A stretch of 62,791 nt of DNA, filler included. It is 8 parts of 8 records of this genome, joined end to end, with 100 filler letters (N's around TTAATTAATTAA, not from the genome) between each part and the next. Parts side by side here need not be neighbours in the genome. Positions count along the whole stretch, not along the records: positions 19,039 to 27,965 come from SRR31147125_19135; positions 28,066 to 33,105 come from SRR31147125_19151; 6 more parts are not named here. One strand, given 5' to 3'. Below the pieces are notes generated by a model. It searched no databases and was not told the origin of the DNA. It saw only the letters and a list, made by a program, of their open reading frames with translations. Shown here one piece after another: positions 20,648 through 32,283 of the stretch (positions within the stretch are counted from its first letter, which is position 1; each line of letters begins with the position of its first letter). Made by a program: the position numbers and the translations under genes.

Positions 20648-23220
20648 TTATTTGCCAATTTCTTGTAATATTTTTTGAAAACGGATGTCATTTTTCAAAT
20701 CTTGTAATTCAGGATTATTATCAATATATGCCGGTGAATGTCCCATTTTCAAAGCTGATTCAATATATTCAAGAGCGTGATCACGCTTGCCCAATTGTTC
20801 ATAAATCTCTCCAATATGAAAAATTATAGAATAATCTGTTGGCATTAGTGCCAAAACCCGTTCTAATAAATTGATTGCTTTTTTATTCTTACCCAATGTT
20901 GCGTAATATCCAGCTAGGTCAGCCAATACCTCCGGATCATTGGGATTCACAGATAATTGTCTCTCACCGTATTCAATTGCTTTATTGTAGGTTTTTGCCG
21001 CTATATCTTTCTGATCCTCACTCCAATAATAACAAGACGCCAGATTTCCCCAGATTTTATAATTTTCACCTGAAATTGCGACAGCGTGTTCTAACATCAT
21101 GGCAGCATCAGCAAAACGACCTTGATAAAAATACAGAGTACCCAAATTTGAGTAGGCAGTATAATTTGGTTCAATACGAAGCGATTTTTCAAATTCTTCC
21201 CGTGCTTTATCCCACTGCTCGATATAAAAATAGATTCCACCCATATTATTAAAACCACGTACATTATCTGGAGTAAGTATGGTAACCTGTTTAAATTGTG
21301 CTATTGCATCCTCATAACGGCTCCGTCGGTAATAATAGGCACCAAGTTTGTTATATCCGGCCCAATAACCAGGTTGTATTTCAATAGCTCTGCGATAATT
21401 TATTTCAGCATCATCATACCGGCCAATCGCCTCGTTGGTCTGGGCTAATCCCATAAATGCTTCAGCATGTACCGGATTTAATTTTAATGTACTGCGGAAT
21501 TCTTCAATAGCTTCTGAATAACGACCGGTCTCTTCATATATCATACCAAGTGTCACATGAACGAGAGCCAATTGATTATCTATTTTTAATGCTGTATTAC
21601 AGTAATTCACTGCATCTTTAATGAGCTGTACATTCCGGTTGATTTGGTATTTCCGCAAACAAGCTTTAGCGAGCCCCGCATAGGCTAATGCATATTGTGA
21701 ATCTTTACTTAGTGCCTGCTGAAATAAAGAGATTGCTGTATTCACATTGGATAATTTTTCGTAACGTAAAAGGTATCCCTGTCCATGCAAATAAAGATTA
21801 TAAGCCTCAGAATTTCCGGTTTCACCTGCTAATAAAACTTTCCGCTCATGCGGTTTAAGGTCTATTGCCAACATATTTGTTAATTCGTCAATAACTTTAT
21901 CTTTTACAGCAGGCATATTCTTCAATCTGTCTTCAATGACAGAAGACTCTAGTTGCCGAAGACTCTTTACATCCACTAAATTTAGTGTAAGTGTAATTAT
22001 TTCTTTTACACACTGAACACTACCCGTAATCGCAAGTGTAACGCCAAAAAACCGGAGGGCATCACTGGGGCTGTTAACATTCTGCTTTCGTAGCTCGCTT
22101 GAAGGTACAACCCATAATGAGCCTCGGAAACGCTGTAATTCAGTCAATTTGCTGGATAGTGTTTCCATCAGGCCATCAATAAAAACCTGGCTAAGGGAGT
22201 CTCCCACTATATTATTAAAGGGAATAATCGCAAGGTGTTTTTCCTCAGGAATATTCAAAATTCCGAACCTTTGTCTAAAATTCCCCCAAGCTAAAACAAT
22301 CAATAATACAACAATTGCTAAAAGAAAAGTTCTGACATACACTGACATTTTGAAAATTTTTCGATGCTGTTTTTTTCTTTGACTTTTAATCGTTTTCCAT
22401 TTTTAATTTCATTCTCAATATCACACAAGTCCATCCAAAGTTCGTGGATGTTCTGGTATCGTTCATCAGGATTCTTTTTAAGGCATTTATCAATGAGAAT
22501 TTCAAGCTTTGTTGAATGATCCTGTCTAATTTGACTAACTGGCTGATAATCTTCCATAAGAATTGAATAAAAAACAGCTTGTTCGTACTCTCCTTTAAAA
22601 GGAAGATTCCCAGTAATTGCTTCGTACAAAGCAACTCCTAATGACCAGAAATCAGTACGACAATCAATTTCCTCTCCCCGGGCTTGTTCGGGGGACATAT
22701 AAAAGGAGGTTCCTTCAGTCAATTTCATTTTAGTGGATCCCTGTTGCCCGATAAGTTTCGCCAATCCAAAATCCAGAATCTTGACAACGCCATCTGAAGT
22801 GATTATAATATTGGCAGGTTTTATATCCCGGTGGATGATTCCTTTTTCGTGGGCTTTACTTAGTCCTTCTGCTATCTGGATAGTAAGGTTGATGGCTTCT
22901 TCAATTTCAAGTGAATCTCGCTCTATTTTTTTCTTTAGCGTCTCACCTTCATAACAGTCCATAACAATAAACAACTGACCATCATCTGTCTCGTCAATAT
23001 CATGGATGGTGCAGATGTTGTTATGTTGAAGGGCAGACGTAGCTTTTGCTTCCTGGATAAAACGCTGTTTAGCATCGGGATCACGCACCAAATCGGCTGG
23101 CAGGAACTTGAGGGCAACAATCCGGTCGAGTTTCGTATCCTCGGCTTTGTAGACGACACCCATTCCGCCTTCGCCGAGTTTTTCGAGGATTTTGTAATGG
23201 GATATGGTTTTGCCAATCAC
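20648..23220 (-). CDS. Ser/Thr kinase - TM - TolB-N-like - TPR protein, one gene split by an indel in the A-run near 22370
   Basis: LGEGGMGVVY, HRDIKPAN, DFG and YMSPEQ motifs. Adding one A fuses the kinase ORF to KQHRKIFKMSVYV..., followed by LAIIPF and many TPRs. Confidence 0.9.
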
Positions 23221-23348
23221 GATACTCTTCCTTTTGAGTCTCGATTGGTCTAAAACTCCGGAATAACTGAATTAAATTTTGTATTAATAAAAAGATATAT
23301 TGAATTTGGTTTTCAATCCACCACATATTCAAAAGGAAGAAAACTGGT

Positions 23349-23690
23349 CTATATTGAGAAGCTGGCAACAGCGCGGTCGGATGATTCGTAGGTATCAAAA
23401 ATCGTAATCATTTGAGTAATCATGAAGAGGCTGTTTACTTTATCCGTGGCACCGGCAATCTTTAGAACGCCATCACCATTTTTTAATGATGTGTGGCAGG
23501 ACATGAGCATGCCCAGGCCCTGGCTGTTCATCCATTTGACTTTGGAAAGATCGATAACTACTTTTTTAACCTGATCGTTAATTAAACTTTTAACCTTTGC
23601 ATGAACTTCCCAGGTTTCGTTTCCACCCATTAATTTGCCGCTAACAGTCAGGACAGCAACGTTATTTACAATTTTTTCTTTTACAGACAT
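23349..23690 (-). CDS. STAS-domain anti-sigma factor antagonist
   Basis: VIDLSKVKWMNSQGLGML with the conserved phosphoacceptor Ser. Confidence 0.93.
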   Translation of the reverse strand: MSVKEKIVNNVAVLTVSGKLMGGNETWEVHAKVKSLINDQVKKVVIDLSKVKWMNSQGLGMLMSCHTSLKNGDGVLKIAGATDKVNSLFMITQMITIFDTYESSDRAVASFSI

Positions 23691-23712
23691 TTTTGCCTCC
23701 CTTGAAATTATG

Positions 23713-25009
23713 CTAAGAAATTCTTTTTACAATTAGTATTGTCATATCATCCATTTGCGGCTGTGTCCCGGCATGTTCTTTAATATTTTCAAACAGCTCA
23801 TGGACAATAATTGCAGGTGATTTGTTTTTATTGCTATTAATAAAGTCGATAAGTCTTTCAATCCCATATTCTTCTTCGGCGTCATTCATTGCTTCTGTAA
23901 TTCCGTCTGAATAGGCAAACAGCATGTCATCAGGCTCAAAGGTTATGATACTTTCCGGGAAGTCATAATCATCCAAAAAACTGAGTGGAATCCCGGTTTC
24001 AATTAAAGGTCTCGGATCCTTTTTAGCAGAAAAAAGAATCGGTCTGTCATGTCCGGCATTTGAATAATGAAAATTATGATTTTGAGGATCCAGTACTCCG
24101 TAAAAAAAAGTAGCAAATCTATGCGAATCTGTACTTTTATGCAGTAATTTGTTTGACTTTTTAAGACAGACACCTGGAGAGCAGATATCCAGAGTTTGGG
24201 CCCGAATTGTTGCCTGCAAGTTGGCCATGAGCATAGCTGCCGGCAGTCCTTTGCCGGAAACATCGCCGAGACATGTGGCAATACGGCCGTCATCAATGGA
24301 TATAAAATCGTAATAGTCGCCTCCTACAACCTGGGCAGGTCTGCTGACGCCGGTTAGTTCATAACCGGGAATGTTGGGTAAACATTTCGGTAATAGTCCC
24401 GTTTGTATATCATACGCAAGCCGCAATTGCTCCTGAACCAATAGCAATTCTTGTTCTTCTTCATATAAGCGAGCGTTCTCTAAAACCTGTGCTGACTGAC
24501 CGGCAATGATTGTTAACAAACGTTGGTCTTCTTCGCTGAATGATTCTTCTGTTTTTTTATTCAAAACAGTCAAAATACCGATTACATGAGATTTTGCAAG
24601 TAAAGGTACACATAAAATATTTTTGATGGATTCATCCCAGTTTACTCCAACAAAGCGGCTATCATTGCGTGGATTTGATAACAGTAACGGCTTTTTATGT
24701 AATAACATATATCCAAGGAGAGCCTGATCCATATGGAATGGTTGGTGGGACGTTGAACTTACCATAGTTCGTACAAGGGTCTGTGAGGATGATTTCTGGC
24801 TATCATCAACCATAATTATTGTTCCCTGTTCCCCATGCAAGGCCCTTAAGGAGCGGCTGATAATTTTTTGCATAATAGCCTGAGAATCTGTTGAAGCGCC
24901 AATTTCACGAGCCAATTCATTTAAAACAGAAAGCTCTTCAACAGCACTTTTTAACCTTTTTTTCTTTTTCAAGTTTATTTATTGTTTGCTTGTCAACATC
25001 ATGACTCAT
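23713..25009 (-). CDS. GAF + PP2C (SpoIIE/RsbU-like) phosphatase; true start probably 25009, with an indel near 24960
   Basis: GAF domain, VGGDYYD, GDVSGKG, YSDGITEA and DDMT motifs. The corrected N-terminus reads MSHDVDKQTINKLEKE. Confidence 0.92.
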
Positions 25010-25502
25010 TTTAAATTCCAATAAATTAGATGAGGTTTTTGAAACATAAGCGAATATTTAAAGATTCTTGACAATTTATATATTTTGAGCTGCAATAAAA
25101 AGGCTGTATAAAATGATAAAAGATCCCAATCCTTAGAGATATTCAAAAAACTTAATAAACATATACTATTATGGCAAAAGTCCCAAAGTCACTACCGCAC
25201 ATTTCCATTCCCTGTTACAGAACTAGATAAGAAAATAAATTATAAAATTAGGCTATGCGTTTGCATCAACTCACGATCAGAAACTAGATACACAAAGGGA
25301 CGGATTCAATAGAATTGAAAGTTTTCAAAAATTCGCATCTGTAGGTAATGAAGAGGCTATACGTTATCTGCGGAAAGGAAATTCTGGTTGTAGGGAAGTT
25401 GGAAAGATAAGAATGTTTATAAAATATAATTTTTATCGATTTATTATCTTAAACAATCATGGTATTTTTATTATTTCGGTAAGAGAGTGTATGCTCTTTT
25501 AA

Positions 25503-25704
25503 TACTATGGCATTTGAAAGTTATCAGAACTTGTAGTAGCCTGACGATTCATTCTCGAAAAGAATCGGATATAGTTTGTGTTCGTGAACTCGATTGCTTT
25601 TTTATTATCCAAAGTGAATTATGATGAATCCCGAACGCTTTCGGGAAGCCGTATGTCCGTTGGAGCGGGGGAAGGGATCGGAGCAAAATTGGGCTTTACC
25701 TGCT
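25503..25704 (+). mobile_element. Decayed group IIC intron remnant (RT C-terminus plus DV/DVI)
   Basis: Broken frame WHLKVIRTCSSLT...IVCVREL/IAFxYPK* resembles group II RT/maturase ends, followed by GAATT...TCCCGAACGCTTTCGGGA-AGCCGTATGTCCG..., similar to 19039-19123. Confidence 0.55.
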
Positions 25705-26139
25705 TGTGTGTGTTGAATTGCTATTAAACTTTATAATAAATAAGAATCGCTTTGGAAAATAAGCGAAATATTACGCTTAATTGTAATAGTTTTAATGAAC
25801 TCAGTCAGCTGATTTAACCAGGCTTTATTTATAGGAAAGAAATGATTTTAATTGCTTATAAATTATAATAAATTCTGATTAGTAAATAAATACGATTAAA
25901 ATTTTGGAAAAGAAAAACATTGATATAAATCTTGTTTAGTACTAATTTTACTCATAATAAAATTTGCCGGCAATTTTTTAATAATATATACCAGGGAAAA
26001 CAGTACACGAACACGGCCTATGTTTTCAGTGAGATTCAAACCGTTCAGGAAAATAAATGGAATCAAAAAGTTATCATATAATTGCCATTGAGCAAAAAAG
26101 ATAAATGTATTTAATTTTTCTGTTCAGGAGAGAAGAGAG

Positions 26140-27444
26140 ATGAAAACCAGACGTATATCAAGGTTAAACCGCAGGGATTTTATCAAAACGAACCTTGCGG
26201 GAATAGCAAGCCTTTCCGGGATCAAAAGCACCTCATTATTTAGCCAGGACACTAGTACAAAAACGCGGGTAGTTGTGGTAAAAACACAGGACCGCCGTCA
26301 GGGAGTGAATAGCATAATGGATGCCCTGGATTACGCACCGATGGAAGGCAAGCGGGTTCTGATCAAGCCGAACTTTAATACTGCTGATCCGGCACCTGGA
26401 AGTACGCACAATGATACGCTCGAACAATTAATAACAGAGCTGCGAAGTCGCGGCGGCGAGGACATAACCATCGGTGAATCGAGTGGACCTCCAGCCACCA
26501 GAAATGTGATGGAACAGAAGGGCATTTTAATAATGGCCGAAAATTTGAATGTCAATGTCATCAATTATGAAAAACTCCAGGGAGACGAATGGATTCATTT
26601 CAATCCCGAGGGAAGTCACTGGGCTAATGGATTTTCTATTCCCCGTGTTGCGGTTGAGGCGGAATACTTTGTGTCAACCTGCTGCCTGAAAACACACGCT
26701 TATGGCGGTGTATTCACCATGTCGCTAAAACTTTCTGTCGGGCTGACACCGAAATCAATTCGGGGAGGAATGCACGCTCTTAGCAGAACCCACATGCGGA
26801 AGATGATCGCTGAACTCAACCTTGGTTACAAACCGGATCTGATTGTGCTTGACGGTATTGAAGCTTTCACGGATGGTGGTCCTTCGCAGGGAACGCTGAA
26901 ACAGGGAAATGTGTTTATAGGCGGGACTGACAGAATTGCAGTTGACGCTGTCGGATTAGCAGTGCTCAAGGATCTCGGATCTAATGAAGATATTATGGGC
27001 AGAAACATTTTCGTGCAGGAACAGATTCAGCGTGCGGTTGAACTCGGTCTGGGCATCAGTTCCCCAAATCAGATTGAATTCATTACTCCCGACGAATCCA
27101 GCAGAATATATGCGGACAAACTCCGGGAAATACTTGATGAATCAGGATCGGTAGGTGTTAAAGAAGAAAGTCAATTGCCGTTAGATTACCATATTTCAAA
27201 TTTTCCGAATCCTTTTAATCCAATAACGACAATTCGATATAGTCTTCCGAGAACGGGCAAAGTATCATTGAAGATTTTCAATTCTCTTGGTCAGGAAGTT
27301 TCAACGTTAGTTGATAATGTTGTCAAAAAACCGGGTTTATACGAAGCTGTTTTCCATGGTGGTAATCTGCCTTCAGGAATGTATTTCTACAAGTTGTTTG
27401 GTTCGGGATTTTCAAAGACCGGAAAGATGTTGCTAATGCGATAA
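26140..27444 (+). CDS. DUF362-family protein with Tat signal and C-terminal T9SS/FlgD-like Ig domain
   Basis: RRDFIK; VLIKPN, LKTH and LDG motifs; tail NFPNPFNPITTIRYSLP...SGMYFY...KMLLMR. Confidence 0.88.
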   Translation: MKTRRISRLNRRDFIKTNLAGIASLSGIKSTSLFSQDTSTKTRVVVVKTQDRRQGVNSIMDALDYAPMEGKRVLIKPNFNTADPAPGSTHNDTLEQLITELRSRGGEDITIGESSGPPATRNVMEQKGILIMAENLNVNVINYEKLQGDEWIHFNPEGSHWANGFSIPRVAVEAEYFVSTCCLKTHAYGGVFTMSLKLSVGLTPKSIRGGMHALSRTHMRKMIAELNLGYKPDLIVLDGIEAFTDGGPSQGTLKQGNVFIGGTDRIAVDAVGLAVLKDLGSNEDIMGRNIFVQEQIQRAVELGLGISSPNQIEFITPDESSRIYADKLREILDESGSVGVKEESQLPLDYHISNFPNPFNPITTIRYSLPRTGKVSLKIFNSLGQEVSTLVDNVVKKPGLYEAVFHGGNLPSGMYFYKLFGSGFSKTGKMLLMR

Positions 27445-27544
27445 GGAAAATATTCCTAATGTACGATAGTATCATATGACTATCGGAATGTATTAAACAC
27501 ATATTCGGGATGAGGCGGCACTTTACACGACATTTCTCAGGATC

Positions 27545-27965
27545 TTACATATTGACAAGCCAGTCTTTTCCCTGTTGTTGCACACCTTTTTCCATAAAAG
27601 TCAGGAATCTTGACCGAAGTGTCTCACTCAATAATGCTCTCTTGACCGGGGGTAATCTTAAAAATCCCCCGAAAAATCCTCGCATGAACTTGTGAGTAAT
27701 GCTTTGAGGATTATCAAAGAGCTGATTCTGAAGCGTTCCCTTCTCAAGAGCTAACAAGAGAACTTTTTGAAATGTCGTCTCAGGCGTAATGACTCGTTGT
27801 TCTCGTTGAACAAGCTTTATACTTTCTGCGGGGCATTTTAGCCCACAAACTCCACAACCAAGACATAGTGATATATCTATCTCCGGAGTTTTCTTTCTTT
27901 TTGATTGAGGATCACGATAGGGAATCATGTTAATGGCATCAACAGGACAAACCTGAGCACATTTC
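27545..27965 (-). CDS. 4Fe-4S dicluster protein, C-terminal part
   Basis: CAQVCPVDAI and CLGCGVCGLKCP motifs. Confidence 0.85.
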
Positions 27966-28065
27966 NNNNNNNNNNNNNNNNNNNNNNNNNNNNNNNNNNN
28001 NNNNNNNNNTTAATTAATTAANNNNNNNNNNNNNNNNNNNNNNNNNNNNNNNNNNNNNNNNNNNN
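27966..28065. other. Artificial contig spacer
   Basis: N-run with TTAATTAATTAA. Confidence 0.99.
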
Positions 28066-28076
28066 TCTCCAGGCTG

Positions 28077-28892
28077 TTAATCACATAAAATGTACATATC
28101 TCTTTTTGGGTTAATACAAAGTACAGGATATTCTTTTGCTTTCTTAATAATTTTTGTTTCGGGAAGTCCAACTATTAGATCAATTAGACTTATATTTTTA
28201 CTTGATGGTATTATTAACAAGTTCGATTTTGATTTGTCACAAATCCGTAATGATTCAGAAGGAAGTCCAAAACTACCTTTTTTTGCTGTAATGAATTTTA
28301 CGTCCAAATGAAGTTTTAGAAGTAGCTTTTCTATAAATTTTATATTCTTTCGAATCTTTTTTGCCTGATCCTTGTCTTTGTCATTAGCGCCTAGAACTAT
28401 TGTATGTGAATTATTAAATCGCCCAAAGTAAGATGCCCAAAGAGAAGTGTCTTTCATTACTTTTCTGAAATCAACAGGTAATAGTATTTTGTCATAACGA
28501 AGTTGCTGCTCGTTACTCCTATTTACAAATAAAAATGGAATTGGGCTTAATTGAAGAGCTGGGATTTTTTGTTTTAGCTTATCACTAGAAAGAATGAGCA
28601 TAATTCCGTCATACTGTTCTGCAATGCGGTCAATAGTTTCGGTTAAATTGCCTTTCAGTGTTAGACTTGATATTGACAAGCCCGGCAGATCTTTTTTCAG
28701 TTTTCGAATTATTATTGCGAGACTTTTTTGGATGGATAGCTTTTCATCACGTCCTTTATTTCCGAGTGCATGAAACAGGCACAGTTCCTTTTTGAAAATG
28801 TCAGCAAGACGAACGCCATGTACGATAGCATCATTCATCGATTGTGAAAAATCACAAAAAACCATTATTCGTTGATCTGACAAGTTGCTCAT
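28077..28892 (-). CDS. Tandem universal stress protein (USP) domain protein
   Basis: IMVFCDFS, KILLPVDF and PVLCINP, a Bacteroidota double-USP pattern. Confidence 0.85.
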   Translation of the reverse strand: MSNLSDQRIMVFCDFSQSMNDAIVHGVRLADIFKKELCLFHALGNKGRDEKLSIQKSLAIIIRKLKKDLPGLSISSLTLKGNLTETIDRIAEQYDGIMLILSSDKLKQKIPALQLSPIPFLFVNRSNEQQLRYDKILLPVDFRKVMKDTSLWASYFGRFNNSHTIVLGANDKDKDQAKKIRKNIKFIEKLLLKLHLDVKFITAKKGSFGLPSESLRICDKSKSNLLIIPSSKNISLIDLIVGLPETKIIKKAKEYPVLCINPKRDMYILCD

Positions 28893-29019
28893 TTAAGATC
28901 AAATCTATTTAAAAAAAATAAAACATGATATTAAAAACCTTTAAAATGCTAGACTTAATGAAATATATCAGAACTTAAAGTAGAGTTATTTGTAATTTTA
29001 TAAAAATTAAACTGCAGTT

Positions 29020-31079
29020 ATGCTTACACGAGAACTAATATGGCCCAAAAGTATTGTTGTTATTGGTGCTTCTAATGATGTTTCAAAGCCAGGGGGCAAA
29101 CTTCTTAAAAACTTAATTGATAATGGATATAGCGGTGATTTGCATGTTGTGAATCCAAAATCAGAAGAGGTTCAAGGAGTAAAGTCATACCATTCGATTC
29201 AGGAATTGCCAGAGGTTGAAACTGCTGTTCTTGCCGTACCTGCAAAATTGTGTCCTCAAATAGTACTCGAATTGTGCCGGGATAAGAATGTCAAAGGCAT
29301 CATTATAATATCTGCCGGATTTAGTGAAGAAAGTGAAAATGGAAAGAAATTAGAAGAACAAATTGTAGCAACTGTTAACAAATACGATGCGTCTTTAATT
29401 GGTCCAAATTGTATCGGAATTATAACTCCGGCTCATGCTAGCGTATTTACAACTCCAGTCCCAAAACTCGACCAGATGGGCTGCGACTTTATTTCCAGCT
29501 CAGGGGCAACTGCTGTTTTTATTATGGAGTCAGGAATTCCCAAAGGACTGCACTTTGCGAGTGTTTTTTCTGTTGGTAATTCAGCTCAGGTTGGGGTTGA
29601 AGATGTGTTGGAGTTTATGGATGATGTTTTTGATCCTGAAAAAAGTACCCGAATAAAATTACTGTACATCGAAAGTATTAATAAGCCCGATAAGCTTTTA
29701 AAACATGCTACTTCGTTAATAAAAAAAGGCTGTAAAATTGCTGCGATTAAGGCTGGTTCAAGTGATGCTGGCAGTAGGGCAGCCTCTTCGCATACCGGTG
29801 CAATGGCCAGTTCTGATTTAGCTGTAGAGGCATTATTTCGAAAAGCAGGAATTGTACGCTGTTATGGAAGGGAAGAACTGACTACCGTAGCGAATGTGTT
29901 TATGAGCAAGGAGATGAAAGGTAAGCGTATGGCTATTGTTACTCATGCAGGTGGCCCCGCAGTAATGCTTACGGATGCATTGGAAAATGGAGGTTTGAAA
30001 ATTCCTCATATTGAAGATTCATCTCAAAAACTAGCATTGAAAGAAAAGCTTTTTCTGGTTCTTCAGTCGAAAATCCGATTGATTTTTTGGCTACTGGAAA
30101 TGCAGAACAGCTTGGCGAAATTATTGATGCTTGTGAAAACGATTTTAAGGAGATTGATGGAATGGCTGTCATTTTTGGTAGTCCTGGGTTAGTTCAGGTT
30201 CGTGATGTTTATAAAGTATTGGATGAAAAGATGGAGACTTGCAAAAAACCGATTTATCCAATTCTTCCTTCTGTAATTAATGTAAAATCAGACTTGGCCT
30301 ATTTTCTTTCCGGAGGAAATGTTAATTTCCCAGATGAAGTTCTTTTAGGAAGGGCGCTCACTAAAGTTTATAATACCCCCAGACCTCATGATGAAGGGAT
30401 TTTTCTGGATGGAATAGATATTCCTGAAATAAGACGAATTATTGATGAAACTATAGATGGATATCAGTCTCCTGAACTAGTACATCGTTTGTTTGACGCT
30501 GCAGGGATACCACGTGTGAAGGAATTGGTGGCTTCTACTATTGATGAAGCAATTGAGTTCGCAGGTGATATTGGATTTCCATTGGTGATGAAGGTGGTTG
30601 GTCCTGTACATAAAACAGATGTAGATGGTGTGGTATTGAATGTGCATGATATGGAAACTGTAAAACGGGAATTTCAGCGAATGATTAAGATTCCTGAAAC
30701 CACATCGGTGTTAATGGCTGAAATGGCTTCGGGTATTGAATTGTTTCTGGGTGCAAAATATGAAGACCGATTTGGGCATGTAATGCTTTGTGGCATGGGT
30801 GGTATTCTTGTTGAAGTATTGAAAGATGTTACTTCTGGATTGGCTCCACTGGGAATGTGTGAAGCCTCATCTATGATTAAAAATCTAAAGTCGTATAAAA
30901 TTATTAAAGGTTATCGAGGACAGGAAGGTGTTAATCAGCGAAAGTTTGCTGAAATAATCGTTCGCCTCTCAAGTCTTCTTCGATTTGCTATTGAAATTAA
31001 GGAAATTGATATTAACCCATTACTTGGGAAAGGTGATAAGATTGTAGCTGTTGATGCACGGATACGGATTGAAAAATAA
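29020..31079 (+). CDS. ADP-forming acetate/acyl-CoA ligase (fused alpha-beta), frameshifted near 30050
   Basis: PKSIVVIGAS, IGPNCIG, AASSHTGAM, NPIDFLATG, HKTDVDGV and EIDINPL motifs. Confidence 0.93.
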
Positions 31080-31183
31080 GTAATTACGCTCAATAGCTAG
31101 TAATTGTAATGTGTTTTTTAATAATAATATAAGTTTTGTAAAAATAAGCAGCTTATAATGTCATGCTGCCTTTTGTTTTGTAG

Positions 31184-32125
31184 TTATTTGTAAGAGGTAT
31201 GTTGACTTATACTGGGTCTCATTCCATTTTCTATCACTACGTTTAATGTTGTATCTAATAAGCTGGTTTGATAAATTATTCGAGGTTTATTTAAGTCTTC
31301 AAATCCTGAGAAATAAATTCGATCCTGTTTATCAATCCATAAATCTATTGCGCAAAGCCCTTTTTTTGATATCCTTCTTATTCGTTTGGTGTTTAAATTA
31401 TAGCAGAATATAGCACTTGATGGTTCGTTTAGCCCTTCAATATGTTCATCAATTCCACCATCGAATATTAATGTTTCGTTGTCTAAAGCCAATAAAAAAC
31501 GGGTAGAACTAGTGAAATAAAATTTGGTTTCAAATAATTCTTCCAAATCAAATTTTTCAATTAGTTCTCCGTTTGTATTATATTTATAAAGTATGCTTAA
31601 GTCATGACCAAAAATAAATTTTCCATCATTACTCCATGTTGGAGCATATAACCCATTTAGCGAGCTAATTATTACTATTTTAGAATTAGGGTTATTGGGG
31701 GTTATTAATCCAATTTGCCAATTATTTGTCTGAATACAAAATGCTAGATATTCTCCGGTTGGAGACCATACAGCATTGTAATAATTGTTGTTATTGATAT
31801 TTAGGCCTTTTTTTGTTTTATTTTCAGTATTAATTAACCTAACGAATCGCATATGATCATCCCCTAAGTTTGAAGTTTCAGTATAAGCAATCCACTTGCT
31901 GTCAGGAGATATACATGGGTCAAGTCCTTTAGTTAAATTCGTTATTTTCTTAGTATGAAAATCAAAATAGCTTACAAATTCCCCATTTTGAAATGCCATT
32001 TTTCTATTATCCACAATTTTCATATCCTTCGTATCTCTATTCTGCTCTTGAGATAACTTTTTTGAATTTGTCTTGCATGAGCTATAGAATACTACAAACC
32101 CAATAATTAATAATACTTGTTTCAT
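31184..32125 (-). CDS. TolB-like beta-propeller lipoprotein
   Basis: Lipobox YSSC; PD40-like repeats ISPDSKWIAY, WSPTGEYLAF and WSNDGKFI. Confidence 0.8.
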   Translation of the reverse strand: MKQVLLIIGFVVFYSSCKTNSKKLSQEQNRDTKDMKIVDNRKMAFQNGEFVSYFDFHTKKITNLTKGLDPCISPDSKWIAYTETSNLGDDHMRFVRLINTENKTKKGLNINNNNYYNAVWSPTGEYLAFCIQTNNWQIGLITPNNPNSKIVIISSLNGLYAPTWSNDGKFIFGHDLSILYKYNTNGELIEKFDLEELFETKFYFTSSTRFLLALDNETLIFDGGIDEHIEGLNEPSSAIFCYNLNTKRIRRISKKGLCAIDLWIDKQDRIYFSGFEDLNKPRIIYQTSLLDTTLNVVIENGMRPSISQHTSYK

Positions 32126-32210
32126 TATTTGTTAGTTTGATGTGGAGGGTAACTCGTTTGTCGATTGTGAAAATTGAATATATAATAAAATCTGAGTATG
32201 TTATTCATTA

Positions 32211-32240
32211 AGAAACCCCGGATTGGCTGATCCGGGGTTC
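32211..32240 (-). terminator. Intrinsic terminator after the EF-G paralogue
   Basis: AACCCCGGAT-6nt-ATCCGGGGTT hairpin, followed by TCTT on the minus strand. Confidence 0.75.
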
Positions 32241-32283
32241 TTCGTTTTAGTTTAGTAAAACTATTCTTGGATTAGAATTGGTT

